A stretch of 63,925 nt of DNA, filler included, from Octopus bimaculoides (GCF_001194135.2; 6 parts of 6 records of this genome joined end to end with filler, not necessarily neighbours in it), one strand, 5' to 3'. Counted from the first letter of the whole stretch, positions 11,375 through 23,726 are shown. Translations and numbers: made by a program. The notes: generated by a model not told the origin, from the sequence alone.

Positions 11375-11419
11375 TATCATTTGACTAGTTTCTTTTTTAA
11401 AAATTCATCAGAAATATTT
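11375..11419 (-). ncRNA. Degenerate minimal type I hammerhead ribozyme motif
   Basis: Minus strand auuu-CUGAUGA-auuuuuaaaaaa-GAAA-CUAG-UC-aaau: intact core, palindromic ACUAGU stem III, 4-bp stem I; stem II lacks the G-C closing pair. Confidence 0.45.
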
Positions 11420-11446
11420 TTGAAACAAATTTGATGGAAAATTGCA

Positions 11447-11660
11447 TAGGTGCAGGAGTCACTGTGTGGTAAGTAGCTTGCTTACCAACCACATGGTTCT
11501 GGGTTCAGTCCCACTGTATGGCACCTTGGGCCAACCAAAGCTTTGTGAGTGGATTTGGTAGACAGAAACTGAAAGTCCTGGGATCGATTCATTCAACTAA
11601 AAGGCAATGCTCCAGTATGGCCACAGTCAAGTGACTGAAACAAGTAAAAGAATAAAAGGA
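11447..11660 (+). mobile_element. SINE family B (internally deleted)
   Basis: ggtgcaggagtcactgtgtggtaagtagcttgc head through gactgaaacaagtaaaagaataaaag tail; middle missing relative to the 31112 copy. Confidence 0.85.
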
Positions 11661-11892
11661 ATGTATAAATATTTTGGAGCTGGGAAATAAAAGAAGAAAA
11701 TATTATGAGTGAGGGGTAATGATTTGGAAGATGAAATTGTGAAGGGAATGAGAAAATTGGTTTGGGTAATGAATATTTCATTGGATGATACACAGCATTC
11801 ATTTTTAGAAAGTCACTATTTAGGAAGAAATCATATTCTTTGAAAAATATTTACTTAGCTTTTGCTTGATGTGTGTTAATATGCGCAAATGG

Positions 11893-12190
11893 GTTATTGT
11901 TATTATTATTATTATTGTTGTTCAGTAGTTTTATTTTTATAAGGTGCTTTCACTTCACTACCGAGCACAGCTCTGTGTGCCTTGGGTATGTGCTGTGGTT
12001 TGCTGTGGTGCTCTTATGGTTACTGTATTGAAAGTGTTTTGCGTAGGGTGTGTGCTGTGCCCAGTAGTGCAATTTTCTGTATGTTATATATATTTGTAAG
12101 TCCTGGTGTTTTTGTTATGTATTTGTCTGAATATTTTTTTTATTATACCTAAGGCACCTACTATGATAGTATTATTATTATTATTATTAT
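11893..12190 (-). mobile_element. 5'-truncated R4/Dong-like non-LTR retrotransposon 3' end within (TAA)n
   Basis: IIVGALGIIKK/YSDKYITKTPGLTNIYNIQKIALLGTAHTLRKTLSIQ* (about 12170-12020), then a 3' UTR and (AAT)n tail; (TAA)n on both sides. Confidence 0.8.
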
Positions 12191-12689
12191 AAAGTATTCA
12201 TACAGTTTTGAAGGGGAAAAAACTGTTCAGTCAGGTCATGAAATATTTTAATTAACCAATGTTAGCCTTAGAAAGATGAAAGATAAAATGAACTTAGACT
12301 AGATTTGAATTCAGAAATTAAAAGGAGTTAACAAACCTACTTGGCATTATGAAATAATATATAATCTCCATTATGATATTTTCCAAAATATTCATCATTA
12401 CCTCCTTCTCGGTCACCATCTTCGTTGTTATCATTATAATTGTCATTATCATGATCACAGTTTCAACCTGCTGGAACGATGAGATGCGTATGCAGTGCAG
12501 ATATATTCTCACATATCTCTGTATTTATATGCCACTTTCTTTCTGTCTCCTATCATCTCATGTATATGAAACTCAAAATCCTGAGATTCCCACCATTTTA
12601 GGGTACCTGCTTGTTTTTTTTTTGCTGATGGCAGATGTCAATATTTTCAATCAACAACTATTGTCCATACATGCACTCACTCACACCAC

Positions 12690-13722
12690 ATTTCTGATGC
12701 ATCTCTAGTCACATTGGTTGTCATCTCAAATATCCAACCACCTTCTATTTGTTCACTACCTTTAATCTTTTAGCATTCAGATTATTTCTTGCTAATTCTT
12801 GCTTAAGACCCTTTGATTCCAAGTTTTGTTTCCACACTTGGAATTTTAATTCTAATTCTTGTACACTTTCAGTTATAAAAACAAGGTCATCACCATAGTG
12901 GAGTTCCTGTGGGCAACTGATCTTAAATTCCTCCATTATGTCCTGGAGGACCATGATAAATATGAGGGGAATGATAACCAAACCCTGATGAACACTTACT
13001 TGCACACTAAATTCATCACTTTACTCATTGTTACCTCACATTTTGCTAACAGCATCCCTTTACGTGGCTTGACTGGATCTCACTAGGGCCATTCATTTAC
13101 TCTTGGTTTTCACAGTAACCACCAGGTGAAGAATTGACGCACCCTGTCAAAGGCTTTCTCCGGGTCAATGGATACTAAGTACATTGGTTTACTTTTGGTG
13201 AGCTATAAAAAGGGCATCAGTTGGTACTTCTCCCTGACACAAAACCAAACTGCATCTCATCTAGGTGAACTCTCTTTCTACTTAATTGGGTTATGATTCT
13301 TTCTGTAACTTTCATAACTTGGTCCAACCTGGTCCAGTAATTTGATACCCCTACTTCTTTCTATGGCATCTCCTTTACCCTTGTAATAGTTGACTATGAT
13401 GCTTTTATCACAATCACTGGGCACTATGCCTTCCTGTACAACCTGATTAACTATATGAGTGACTTCACCTACTTTAAGCATTTCAGAAGTAATTCCTGGT
13501 GGACCAGGGGCTTTCCCAGTCTTCATTTTCTTAATCACTTTACCTATAAAACTACCTTCAACATGAGTGACTGGAAACTTTGTCAGGTTTACATTAAGGA
13601 AACTCTCTTTCTCCCATGCATTCTCCACATTTAATAACGTTTCATACTAGCACTTCTATGCCGCCTTCTTTTAAGAATCACTAAATGCAGATGTGCCATT
13701 GTCCTTCTGCACACATTTCTCT
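12690..13722 (-). mobile_element. RTE-clade LINE fragment (RT region)
   Basis: KMKTGKAPGPPGITSEML, IKLLDQV, QVSVHQG, ELHYGDDLVFITESVQELELKFQVWKQNLESKGL with frameshifts. Confidence 0.9.
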
Positions 13723-13724
13723 CC

Positions 13725-15050
13725 CACAACATATCAATTTTCTTGCTGTTTGTGCAATATTCATGATGCTGAGAGACAGTTACACCTGGTCACAACATTT
13801 TCATGGGACATAGGAATGGAGTTTGGTCAGGAGAAGTGTTCATATTTGGTAGTCAAATAAGGAAAGTTTGTTGACCAGGCAAGGAATATGGATATCAATA
13901 GCCTGGCTATCTCTCCTATCACCACAAATGAATGTTACAAGTATCATATGGTATTGACAAGAATGTTACATATTTTGATACTGTAAATAAAGCAAGAGTG
14001 ACAAAAGAATACATCAGCAGACTTCAGAGGATGTGGAAGTCAGAGCTGTCGGCATTGTGTCACTTAGAAAACATCTTCTAAACCAGGGGTTTTCAAACTG
14101 TGGTCCGTGGACAGCAAATACTTTTTATGGGCAATTTGATTTTATATATGTTTTTTAATCGAAATCTTTTAATTGACAATAAACCTATTTGTTAAATACT
14201 GTTAAATAAATAAATGTAAAAATATATGTTATTTTAAGCAAATATGTATAAATTTCATAAGCATTTATAAGGGGGTCCCTAAGGTAAAGCCTGAAATATA
14301 AAGGGGTCTGCAAATCAAAAAGTTTGAAAACCCCTGTTCTAAACAATAAAGTAAGAAATTAATACATCACACATATACTCAAAAGTGAAAGTAATAGCGT
14401 CATGAGATAAGGTAAGAACTGCTGACCAAGTATTCTGAAGGCATAGTTGTTCATGATTGACTGGACTGACTTCCTTAAACAGAGGCTTGGAAGAGAAATA
14501 CTCATCATACCAGTAGAAAGTCTTGCATAAGTACATGTCCTGCAGGCTGGTGAATGCTAGTAACTTAGACAGGATAGTAGCCTCCCTTGGACTTGTAATA
14601 AGTACATCACATTTCAAGATGTTTTTACTATCCAAGAACAGGAGATGGCTACTACTGATTGGCCTAACCAAAGGTACATCAGAATCATTGAGGATATACA
14701 TCTTTAAAACTAACGAATATTTGTGGAATATTAGCATAAAAACAGTCACCTGATCTATGCACAACAGGCCAGATATGGTTGTATGGGACAAGGAGCAAAA
14801 GTCATCCATTGCTGTACAGATCAGTTGCCCAGAAAATTTGGGGAAAACTGGTAAGAAACATACAACTCTTATACCCAAGCTACAGATATGTATTTATCCC
14901 TATTATCACACTGGGCTACATAACAACAGAACTTTTTAGAAACTAGACATAATGGGGGTTACCAAAAAATGAACAGAGCAAATTGATTTGCATTCTTCGA
15001 ATACAGTCGGTTAGGGAAACATTGAAAGTTTGTAAAACATTTCGTGGATT
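13725..15050 (+). mobile_element. RLE-type non-LTR retrotransposon relic (R4-like), interrupted by a hAT MITE
   Basis: LVTTFSWDIGMEFGQEKC, CYKY..GID, KEYISRLQRMWKSELSA, then HNRPDMVVWDKEQK..QISCP and a VRETLKVCKTF-like C-terminus. Confidence 0.82.
14084..14336. mobile_element. hAT MITE, copy 2
   Basis: Same TIR and body as copy 1; TSD TTCTAAAC at 14076-14083 and 14337-14344. Confidence 0.92.
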
Positions 15051-15764
15051 CTCCAGTTGAGGTGAGTTGCTTAGGTGAATATATGCACACGACTGCATAT
15101 ACATATGGAATGCATAACACTTTCACCCTCCGCAAAAAATTCCAAATTTTATTTAATTTGCTTTGCGGGAAGGACTGTTCCAACGAATTCGTGTATTGTC
15201 CTTGCCTTTGAAACGCGGAGTAGATGGAACAGGGATAACCGACGAAGGGATATACTCTTTATGTTGCCTGTCTCGTTTCTCTGTTTGTTTGTTTTTTTGT
15301 TGTTGTTCGAAAAAAAGTTCGTTTTCTGTTTTCATTTTTATATTTTCGTTTCTCATTGTGTTTAACGTTTTTTTGTGATATGTCTTGTGCCCATATATGC
15401 CTGTATGTATACATATAGATGTAGGTATGTACATATATGTATGGATATATGCATGTATCTATATTATTTATATTATATTATATATATANNNNNNNNNNNN
15501 NNNNNNNNNNNNNNNNNNNNNNNNNNNNNNNNNNNNNNNNNNNNNNNNNNNNNNNNNNNNNNNNNNCATACGTAAAGAATAATGAAACACATTTTTTTTT
15601 TGTTCTATTAGGACATTTACAAATATGCATACATCAATCAATTTCGGTGACCACAAACCTTTGAGAGCTGTCTTGTTTTAAATGGAAGCACCTTATCACT
15701 TTGTTAGTGAATTTTGCAAGGTAAATGTTATTAAGACTTTGATTTTTGCTAAATTGACTCTAAG

Positions 15765-17960
15765 ACCCTTCGATTCTAGTCCTTGCTTCCATACCTGAAA
15801 CTTCTCTAGTTTTGATAGAGACTCAGCTATTAGAGCAAGGTCATTGCATAGAGAAGCTCCCAGGAGCATCCTGTTTTTAATTCCTCTGTTATTGCCTGGA
15901 GGACTATGATGAATAAGAGGGGGCTGATGGCTGATCCTTGGTGGACCCCTACCCCTACCTGGAATTCTTCACTATACTCGTTGCCAACCCTCACCTTACT
16001 GGCTGCATCCCTGTACATGGCTTGTATAGCTCTCACTAACCAACCACTCATCTATCCCTGGTTTCTGCATTGACCACTAGATAAGGGATCAGGGTATCCA
16101 GTCAAAGGCTTTCTCCATGTCAACAAAAGCCAGGTACAGAGGTTTATCTTTGGCTAGGTATTTCTCCTGCAGCTGCCTTACCAGAAATATAGCATCAGTG
16201 GTGCTTTTCCCTGGCACAAACCCAAACTGCATCTCATCTAAACTGACTCTCTCCCTAATTAGTTGGGCTATGACCCTCTCCGTGACTTTCATTACCTGAT
16301 CCAACAACTTGATACCTCCATAATCATTCATATCTAATGCATCACCTTTACTTTTGTAGCAGTTGACTATGGTGCTGCTACACCAGTCATTGGGTATGAC
16401 TGTTTCATGTTTCACTTGATTGACTATACGGATGACTAGACTATAGTCAACACCGCTGGATATTTTAAGCATCTCTGCAGTGATTCCTGATGGGCCAGGG
16501 GATTTCCCTATCTTCATACCCTTATTTGCTTTATCTATCAAGGTACTGTCAATTCGGATAGCTGGTCCCTCTGTTGGGTCAACATTCAGCAGACTCTCTT
16601 TCTCTCATTCATTCTCTTCATTTAGCAACCTTTCATAGTGGCATCTCCAAGTATCTCTCTTTGCAGCCTCATTAAATGCAAGTGAGCCATCATCCATGCA
16701 GACACATTTCTCTATGACGTCACATTCTCTCTCACACACTGTCTTGCAATACAAAACACTTTAAGTCTTTGGTCCTCACGGCACAGAACATTGGCAATTT
16801 TTTTCTTATCTGCTTCCCCTCTGGCTAAGTAAACCTGTCTCCTAGCTTCCCTTCTGAAAGTCTGATACAATTCCTTCCTACCACTGTTCTTCCAGTCCTT
16901 CCATGCCTGCTTCTTTTCCCTAATGGCCCTGTCAACTACATTGTTCCACCACCACGTTACCTTGGGTCGAGAGGGGACTTTGCACCATCCACAGATCTGG
17001 TCAGTAGCCCTCAACAGGTTGTCCTGTAGGAAACTCCAGTTGTCTTCCACATCATGTGATGCTATATCCTCCTCTATTTCATGATAAGCTTTGAGTAATA
17101 CATCTCTAAATCTCTGTCCACTCACAGGATCCTTAAGCTTTCAGACCCTTCTTCTCCATGCTGGTTGTCTTCTGGGCATCCATTTAGCCTGATCCTGAAG
17201 TCGCTAACTACTCATCTATGTTGTGGGGTGCATTCTTCACCTGGGAAGGTTTTGGCATTTATAAGTAGTCATCTTCCTTGTTTCCTGGCGAGGATATAAT
17301 CAATTTGACTAGTGTGTCCACCAGATCAGTAGGTGAATAGGTGACTTTCAGGTTTCTTGAAGTTAGGATTACAAACCATAAGATCATTTGCATCACAGAA
17401 CTCCAGCAGCCTGGTTCCCTCCTCATTACAGGAACCAAAACCATAGCCTCCATGTCCGCCATGGAAGACCCCTGCATGTTGTCCAACATGTCCATTGAAG
17501 TCACCAACCACAAAGAGAAGGTCCCTGTCATTTGTCGACAAAGTAGTCTGCAAGAGGGTGTCATAAGATTGGTCTTTCTGTCCATCAGGTAGCCCTGGCT
17601 GAGGGGCATAAGCCGAGATAAGGGTTGCTAACCCATGATGCAGCACTAATCTAATCTATCACAGATTCTGACTATCTTGATTACCTTATCAGCCCATTTT
17701 TCTGCAAGAAGTATACCCATACCCCCGACCCTGTCAATGTTCCCTGCCTAGAAAATCTTATATCTGTGTTCTTTGCCTGTGAGGAACCTAGCAGAACTTC
17801 CTCTCCACCTTACTTCTTGGATGCAGCACAAATCTACACATCTCCATTCAAGCATCTCAACAATCTCTCCAGACCTACCATTCAGTGTACCAACATTAAG
17901 TGTGCCAACTCTGAGGGTGTGGGAGGTGTGGGCCTACAAGACCCTGGGATGGGGGACAGC
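15765..17960 (-). mobile_element. RTE-clade LINE: APE endonuclease plus N-terminal RT, disrupted
   Basis: LRVGTLNVGTL..CIQEVRWRG, ISAYAPQ..VGDFNGHVG, SPGPSGITAEML..QFGFVPGKSTTDAIF..AFVDMEKAFD, GVHQGSAISPLLF; many stops and frameshifts. Confidence 0.95.
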
Positions 17961-18124
17961 AGTGTCATGTACCTGAAAAGAAAAGAAAGCTCACATTTAT
18001 ATATAGAAGTAAATAAATATTTACTTCTGGACTATTCTGACTAAATACACACGTGTTGAGGTGGACTACAAAATTCAATGTGTATATATTTGTATGCACT
18101 CGTATTTTGCGTGTGCCTTTCTGT

Positions 18125-18392
18125 GGTTATTCTTTTACTTGTTTCAGTCATTTGACTGCAGCCATGCTGGAGCACCGCCTTTAGTCATGCAAATCAACCC
18201 TAGCGCTTATTCTTTGTAAGCCTAGTACTTATTTCATCGGTCTCTTTTGCCGAACTACTAAGCTACAGGGACGTAAACACACCAGCATCACATGTCAAGC
18301 ACCCACCCTGGTGTAGCCATCTGGTTCACCAGTCCTCAATCAAATCGTCCAACCCATGCTAGCATGGAAAGCGGATGTTAAACGATGATGAC
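18125..18392. mobile_element. Reverse SINE B 3' half fused to a forward LINE-type 3' tail
   Basis: cttttacttgtttcagtcatttgactgcagcc... followed by ccaacccatgctagcatggaaagcggatgttaaacgatgatga. Confidence 0.7.
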
Positions 18393-18746
18393 ACATAAAT
18401 CCTTAGTAGAGGCTTTATACATCAATTTTTTTCTGAATACCTGCCTATTCATGCTCTCTTTCCCTCTCTCTCTCTCTCTCTTTGACTCTATTGGTGAGAT
18501 ATAACTGTGCGGTCAGTCAGTGTAAGAAAGGTGAAAGACGGGAGTTGGGGGTAGATGTGGGGGGGAAGTGCAGCTAGTGGATCCCAGATGGTTTTTGTGG
18601 AGTGATGGGTCTTATTTCTGTCCTGTGAAATAAATGCCTGTAGCCTTCTCTCTCTTGCTCCCTCCCACCATCACCACCATTACACCACCACCACCACCAT
18701 CTATGACTAACTCTATTACCACAATTGTCTTCTCAGTGATCTAGTG

Positions 18747-19010
18747 CAGGGGTTTTCAAACTTTTTGATTTGCGGACCCCTTTATATTTCAGGCTTTACC
18801 CTTATAAACGCTTATGAAATTTATACATAAATATTTGCTTAAAATAACATATATTTTTACATTTATTTATTTAACAGTATTTAACAAATAGGTTTATTGT
18901 CAATTAAAAGATTTCGATTAAAAAACATATATAAAATCAAATTGCCCATAAAAAGTATTTGCTGTCCACGAACCCCCTGTGATCCGCGGACCACAGTTTG
19001 AAAACCCCTG
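18747..19010. mobile_element. hAT MITE, copy 3 (inverted relative to copies 1 and 2)
   Basis: Same TIRs; TSD ATCTAGTG (18739-18746) and ATCGAGTG (19011-19018). Confidence 0.92.
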
Positions 19011-19409
19011 ATCGAGTGCATCCATTGATATGTGGCACTGTTCTTTCCATTGCCTTCCCTGCCGCTGCTCATCTTTTTTCCTTTGCATCCACCACAACAC
19101 CCACCCTCAGCCATCCAACACCTCTCCACCTCCTTTCTCTCTCATACGACATTAACAAAATCACTACCAACTCAGAAAACTGGTTGGAATACTTCTACTA
19201 CATTGTCCAATTATATATCTTTTTGCTGTTGTTGTTGTTGTTTTGATTGTATTATTTTTTTTTTCTAATACAAAGATGCACCTGTGGGATTAGTCAGCCC
19301 CTTCCCCCTATTTTTCTTCCCTTTCTCCTTTATTCCTCCTTCTCTTAATCATCATCATCACCAATAATAACTACAAGAGCATCACTCATTACTGCATAAT
19401 ATGACAGTA

Positions 19410-20530
19410 GCAATACAAGTCTGAACCGAAGGTAGTTCAAAAGTGGACATAATTTTTTAATTAACTGACAGAGGTAATTCAAATTGTACTTGTCAGCAGA
19501 GTAACTCTTTCTCCATACAAAGGTAGTACTCAATATAGTCTCCAACACAAGCAATGCATTTGCACCTTTGTTGAACCTCGCTCTCAAATTCCCTTCGACA
19601 AAATTCAGGTGTGCACTGTTGTATCTCTTTTCTCACATCCACTTTCACCTTGTCTGTGTCATGAAATCATTGTCCCCTCAAAACTGTCATTCATTGGACC
19701 AACCATGTGGAAGCCAGAGGGTGTTAGATACAGGCTTTACGATGGCTAGGGAACACTGCCCAGCTCAATTTGTCAATTGCTTGATTTGTTACCAAAGATG
19801 TGTATGGTCACTCATTGTCAGGGTGAAAATGGGTAATTTCCAGATTTTTATTCCATCTCTTCCTTCCAATGGCTTTTCGAATCTCTTTGAGTGTCTCAGT
19901 ATACTGCTTGCCTTTCTCAGTAGAGCCATGTTCCAGGAGAATGATATCCTTCTCACCCCACAAAACGTCAAGTAACTCTGTTTATGCATGGTGTGTGTGT
20001 GTATGTGTTGCTCATTGGCTCTTGGAATTTCTTAGGTCTTGGATAAGAGGTGTGATGTTATTCCATGTACCGAGCTTTCGTTTCCGTTTCATAAAGGTAC
20101 ACCTATATTTAACCCCCTGCCAAAAGACTAGAAAAAAAAAAAAACGACACTCTCATTGGCTTCAAATGCTTTCAGCAGATCTGAGTAGACTCCCACCCTT
20201 CCATTTAGATTGGGTGTCAACTACTGAGGTAACGACTTGGTACACACAACTAAATACTCAAGTCTTCCATTGGCTTCTCTAATACATTATAACCACTGTC
20301 CAGTTGTGCAGCAAGCTCACAAGCTGTGCCTTGTCTGTCCATGCAAAAAATCATTTTGTTCACTCGCTGGTGATTCATGCCAGTGGTCACAATTGTTCTC
20401 CAACTGCATCCTTTCTCTTTGATGCTGGTTTCCCTTTTTTTAAACTTCATCCTTCTGTGCGTATTACTCTTTGTCAATGGCAGCATCTCTTAACAACCCG
20501 TAGTTTTCTGTAGATGGCAGACTGCCTGCA
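19410..20530 (-). mobile_element. Decayed mariner transposon
   Basis: Manual translation: FKKRETSIKEKG..ELAAQL (HTH region); HPDNE*PYTS..QAIDKLSWAVFPSH..; RCKCIACVGDYIE; not covered in frame by the ORF track. Confidence 0.78.
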
Positions 20531-20981
20531 GTCTCCTCTTTTATTTTTTTACTTGTTTCAGTCTTTTGACTGTGGCCATTCTGGAGTTACGTCTTGAAGT
20601 GTTGTTGTTGTTCTTCTTCTTTTTCTACTCCTTCTTCTTCTTCTCCGCCACCTCCTTTCTCTACTACTATGACTGCTTAAACAATCGAAGACAAGAATTC
20701 ATATCAAACTAGCTGCTGCTAACTACTTAGAACCCACAAGAGTAAAAAAGAGAGACAGAGACAGGCAGAAAAAAGGAAAATGCCCCTTGCACTTGAAAAA
20801 CTATGGAAATAATTTTTTTAGAAGACATTTCATTTAATTTTTCCACAATTTAATTGTTCTTCATACTTTACTTTAAGTTGAAAAAGTCGCAAAGACTGAA
20901 ACCGGTACTAAAATGTTTTTCATGATAAAATTATTTTAGCATTTTCTACCTTGTCTTATTTTCCTTATATCTATCTATCTA

Positions 20982-21022
<41 letters not shown>

Positions 21023-21034
21023 ATGTATATATGT

Positions 21035-21195
21035 ATGTATGATGGGTTTTTCAGTTTCCATCTACCAAATCCACTCACAAGGCTTTGGTCAGCCTGAGGC
21101 TATAATAGTAGAAGACACTTGCCCAAGGTGTCACACAGTGGGATTGAACCCAGAAATGTGGTTGGGAAGCAAGCTTCTTACCACACAGCCACACT
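21035..21195 (-). mobile_element. SINE family B head
   Basis: ttcagtttccatctaccaaatccactcacaaggctttggtc...cttcttaccacacagccac. Confidence 0.85.
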
Positions 21196-21254
21196 TGAAG
21201 AATAGAACACAACAAGCCAGATATTGCTTGTAGTCATTGATGAGAAGAAATTTA

Positions 21255-21480
21255 TCATCATCATTTAATGTCCATTTTCCCCGCTGGCATGGGTTGGACA
21301 GTTTGACAGAAACTTACCAGCTGAAGGGTAATTCAAGCTCCTTGTCTGTTTTGGCATGGTTTCTACAGTTGGATGTCCTTCCTAATGCCAACCACTTTAC
21401 AGAGTGTACTGAGTGCTTTTATGTGGCACGTGTATGGGTGCTTTTTGCATGGCACCAGCACCTATGAGCCCGCGAGATTA
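21255..21480 (-). mobile_element. Non-autonomous repeat carrying the LINE-type (GAT)n 3' tail
   Basis: catcatcatttaatgtccattttccccgctggcatgggttggac is the reverse of the tail at 18350-18392. Confidence 0.6.
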
Positions 21481-21709
21481 GGGATTCTCAGCTGGAGAGG
21501 GTTGCTGGGGACGAGCCTGTATGCAAGGACAACCACATCTCCAACTCTGTGAAATAACAGAATGTAATAATTGTGTGTATGTGTGTGTGTTATCTTCATT
21601 TTGTCTGCATTCTTATTCAATTATTGTGCGACATCAATAATATTGCTTCCATGTATATTCAATTCTGCAAGCCGATAAAAAAACAAACAAAAAAAGCACT
21701 GGTTTCATA

Positions 21710-23423
21710 TTGGGTTGGCAACTAAGTTCTCGCCGTTTTTTTTTTTAATTTAAATTTTTTAAAAGGTTTAAAAAAAAAAATAACAGCTAATTAATCAATA
21801 ATGTATTCACCCTTGTTGTTTACAACTTCTTCCCAACGTTCAACAAAATTTTCAATACGTCGTTTGGTAGAAATCACCCGATTTCGACTCTAAAAATTGA
21901 CCCAACGAAGCTCTCAATTCTGCACCAGTATTGAACGAAACTCCGCGCATAGCATTTGAAAGAGATCGAAAGAGGTGGAAATCCGTTAGTGCCAAATTAA
22001 AGGAGTACGGCGGGTGTGGCAGCACTTCCCAGCCATGCATTTGAATGGCTTCCTTGGTCATATTGGCGATATGAGTACGGACGTTGTCGTGCAGCAGAAG
22101 AACTCCATGCTGACGATTAGGTCTTTTGGATCTTTTTTAAAACGGGGGCCACATTTTTCATTAACGAAACACTTTGAAACTTGGAACACTGGTAGAATGT
22201 GTCATATAAAACATCTTTTTCTCTTAGTCNNNNNNNNNNNNNNNNNNNNNNNNNNNNNNNNNNNNNNNNNNNNNNNNNNNNNNNNNNNNNNNNNNNNNNN
22301 NNNNNNNNNNNNNNNNNNNNNNNNNNNNNNNNNNNNNNNNNNNNNNNNNNNNNNNNNNNNNNNNNNNNNNNNNNNNNNNNNNNNNNNNNNNNNNNNNNNN
22401 NNNNNNNNNNNNNNNNNNNNNNNNNNNNNNNNNNNNNNNNNNNNNNNNNNNNNNNNNNNNNNNNNNNNNNNNNNNNNNNNNNNNNNNNNNNNNNNNNNNN
22501 NNNNNNNNNNNNNNNNNNNNNNNNNNNNNNNNNNNNNNNNNNNNNNNNNNNNNNNNNNNNNNNNNNNNNNNNNNNNNNNNNNNNNNNNGTAGTCGGCACT
22601 TAATGTATATCGGCTGAGTGGACGTCAGTGATTGGTTGAAATTATCGAAATAAGACAATTTTTTATATGAAGTAAATTCGAATACAAAAATATTTTTCTG
22701 TTCTATAACACAAAATAGATAAGTATACGAAGTTTGAAAGTCTTTCGGTACCAAAAACACTACGTAAAACATTAATGAAAAATGTGGCCCCCGTTTTAAA
22801 AAAGATCCGGTCTTTTCTCTTGAATAGCCGTGTTGAGTCGTTCCATCTGTTGAACGAGTTTCGCGTTGACCGTTTGGTTCCGTTCAAGCAATTCATAATG
22901 GATAATCCCTTCCCAGTCCCACCATACGCACAACATCGTTTTACGCGGATGAAAATCTTGTTTCATGCGCCGTGTCGCTTGTTTACCGGGGCTAAGCCAT
23001 TCCTTACGCTGCTTCATATTGATGTACAGACACCATTTTTCGTCGCCAGTAACGATTCGGTAAAGAAATCGTTGCTTGTGTCCATGAGTTGAGCGGTGAC
23101 GAGCAAGCAAACCAGCGGAGATTGTGACTCGTTGATTTTTGTTGTTGTCACTTAAAGCATGCGGAACCTATGCTCCATACTTCTGAACCTTTTCCATCGA
23201 GTAAAGATGCTTCTCTATAGCAGTGTGGGAGCATTCCATTTTCTCTGCCAGTACCCTTGTCGTTTGACGAGAATTGTCGTGCAAAAGTTGGTTTAATCGT
23301 TCTTCATCGAACTCAAACTGGACGGCCAGAACGAGGTGCGTCTTTGAGGTNNNNNNNNNNAATTTAAAAACGCAATAAATTCCAAAATTTAAAAAAACAG
23401 CGGGAACTTAATTTCTATCTCAA
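21710..23423 (-). mobile_element. Near full-length mariner transposon (disrupted DD34D-type transposase) containing a nested MITE
   Basis: Imperfect TIRs ttgggttggcaactaagttctcgccg / reverse ttgagatagaaattaagttcccgctg flanked by TA; IVTGDEKW, HPRKTMLCVWWD, LLLHDN, WEVLPHPPYSFNLALTDFHLFRSL. Confidence 0.93.
22128..22808. mobile_element. MITE with 37-bp TIRs and 8-bp TSD inserted in the mariner ORF
   Basis: TIR GGATCTTTTTTAAAACGGGGGCCACATTTTTCATTAA perfect at both ends; GGTCTTTT at 22120-22127 and 22809-22816. Confidence 0.92.
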
Positions 23424-23480
23424 TAATTACTTCCCTTTGACTGATTCTCCCATTCACATTCACTTGCTGATATATATATA

Positions 23481-23652
23481 AAGGCGGTGAGCTGGCAGAA
23501 TCGTTAGCACCGTGTTCTGAGTTCAAATTCCGCCGAGGTCGACTTTGCCTTTCATCCTTTCAGTGTCGATAAATTAAGTACAAGTTGTGTACTGGGATCG
23601 ATCTAATCGACTGGCCCACTCTCCAAAGATTTCGGGCCTTGTGTCTAGAAAA

Positions 23653-23655
<3 letters not shown>
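23481..23655 (+). mobile_element. SINE family A
   Basis: aaggcggtgagctggcagaatcgttagc head with a short internal deletion, ending before (AT)n. Confidence 0.85.
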
Positions 23656-23712
<57 letters not shown>

Positions 23713-23726
23713 ATATATAGTTACAG

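Noticed and set aside
14339-14878. 179-aa minus-strand ORF
   Set aside because: Antisense to the RLE retroelement relic; no independent protein signature.
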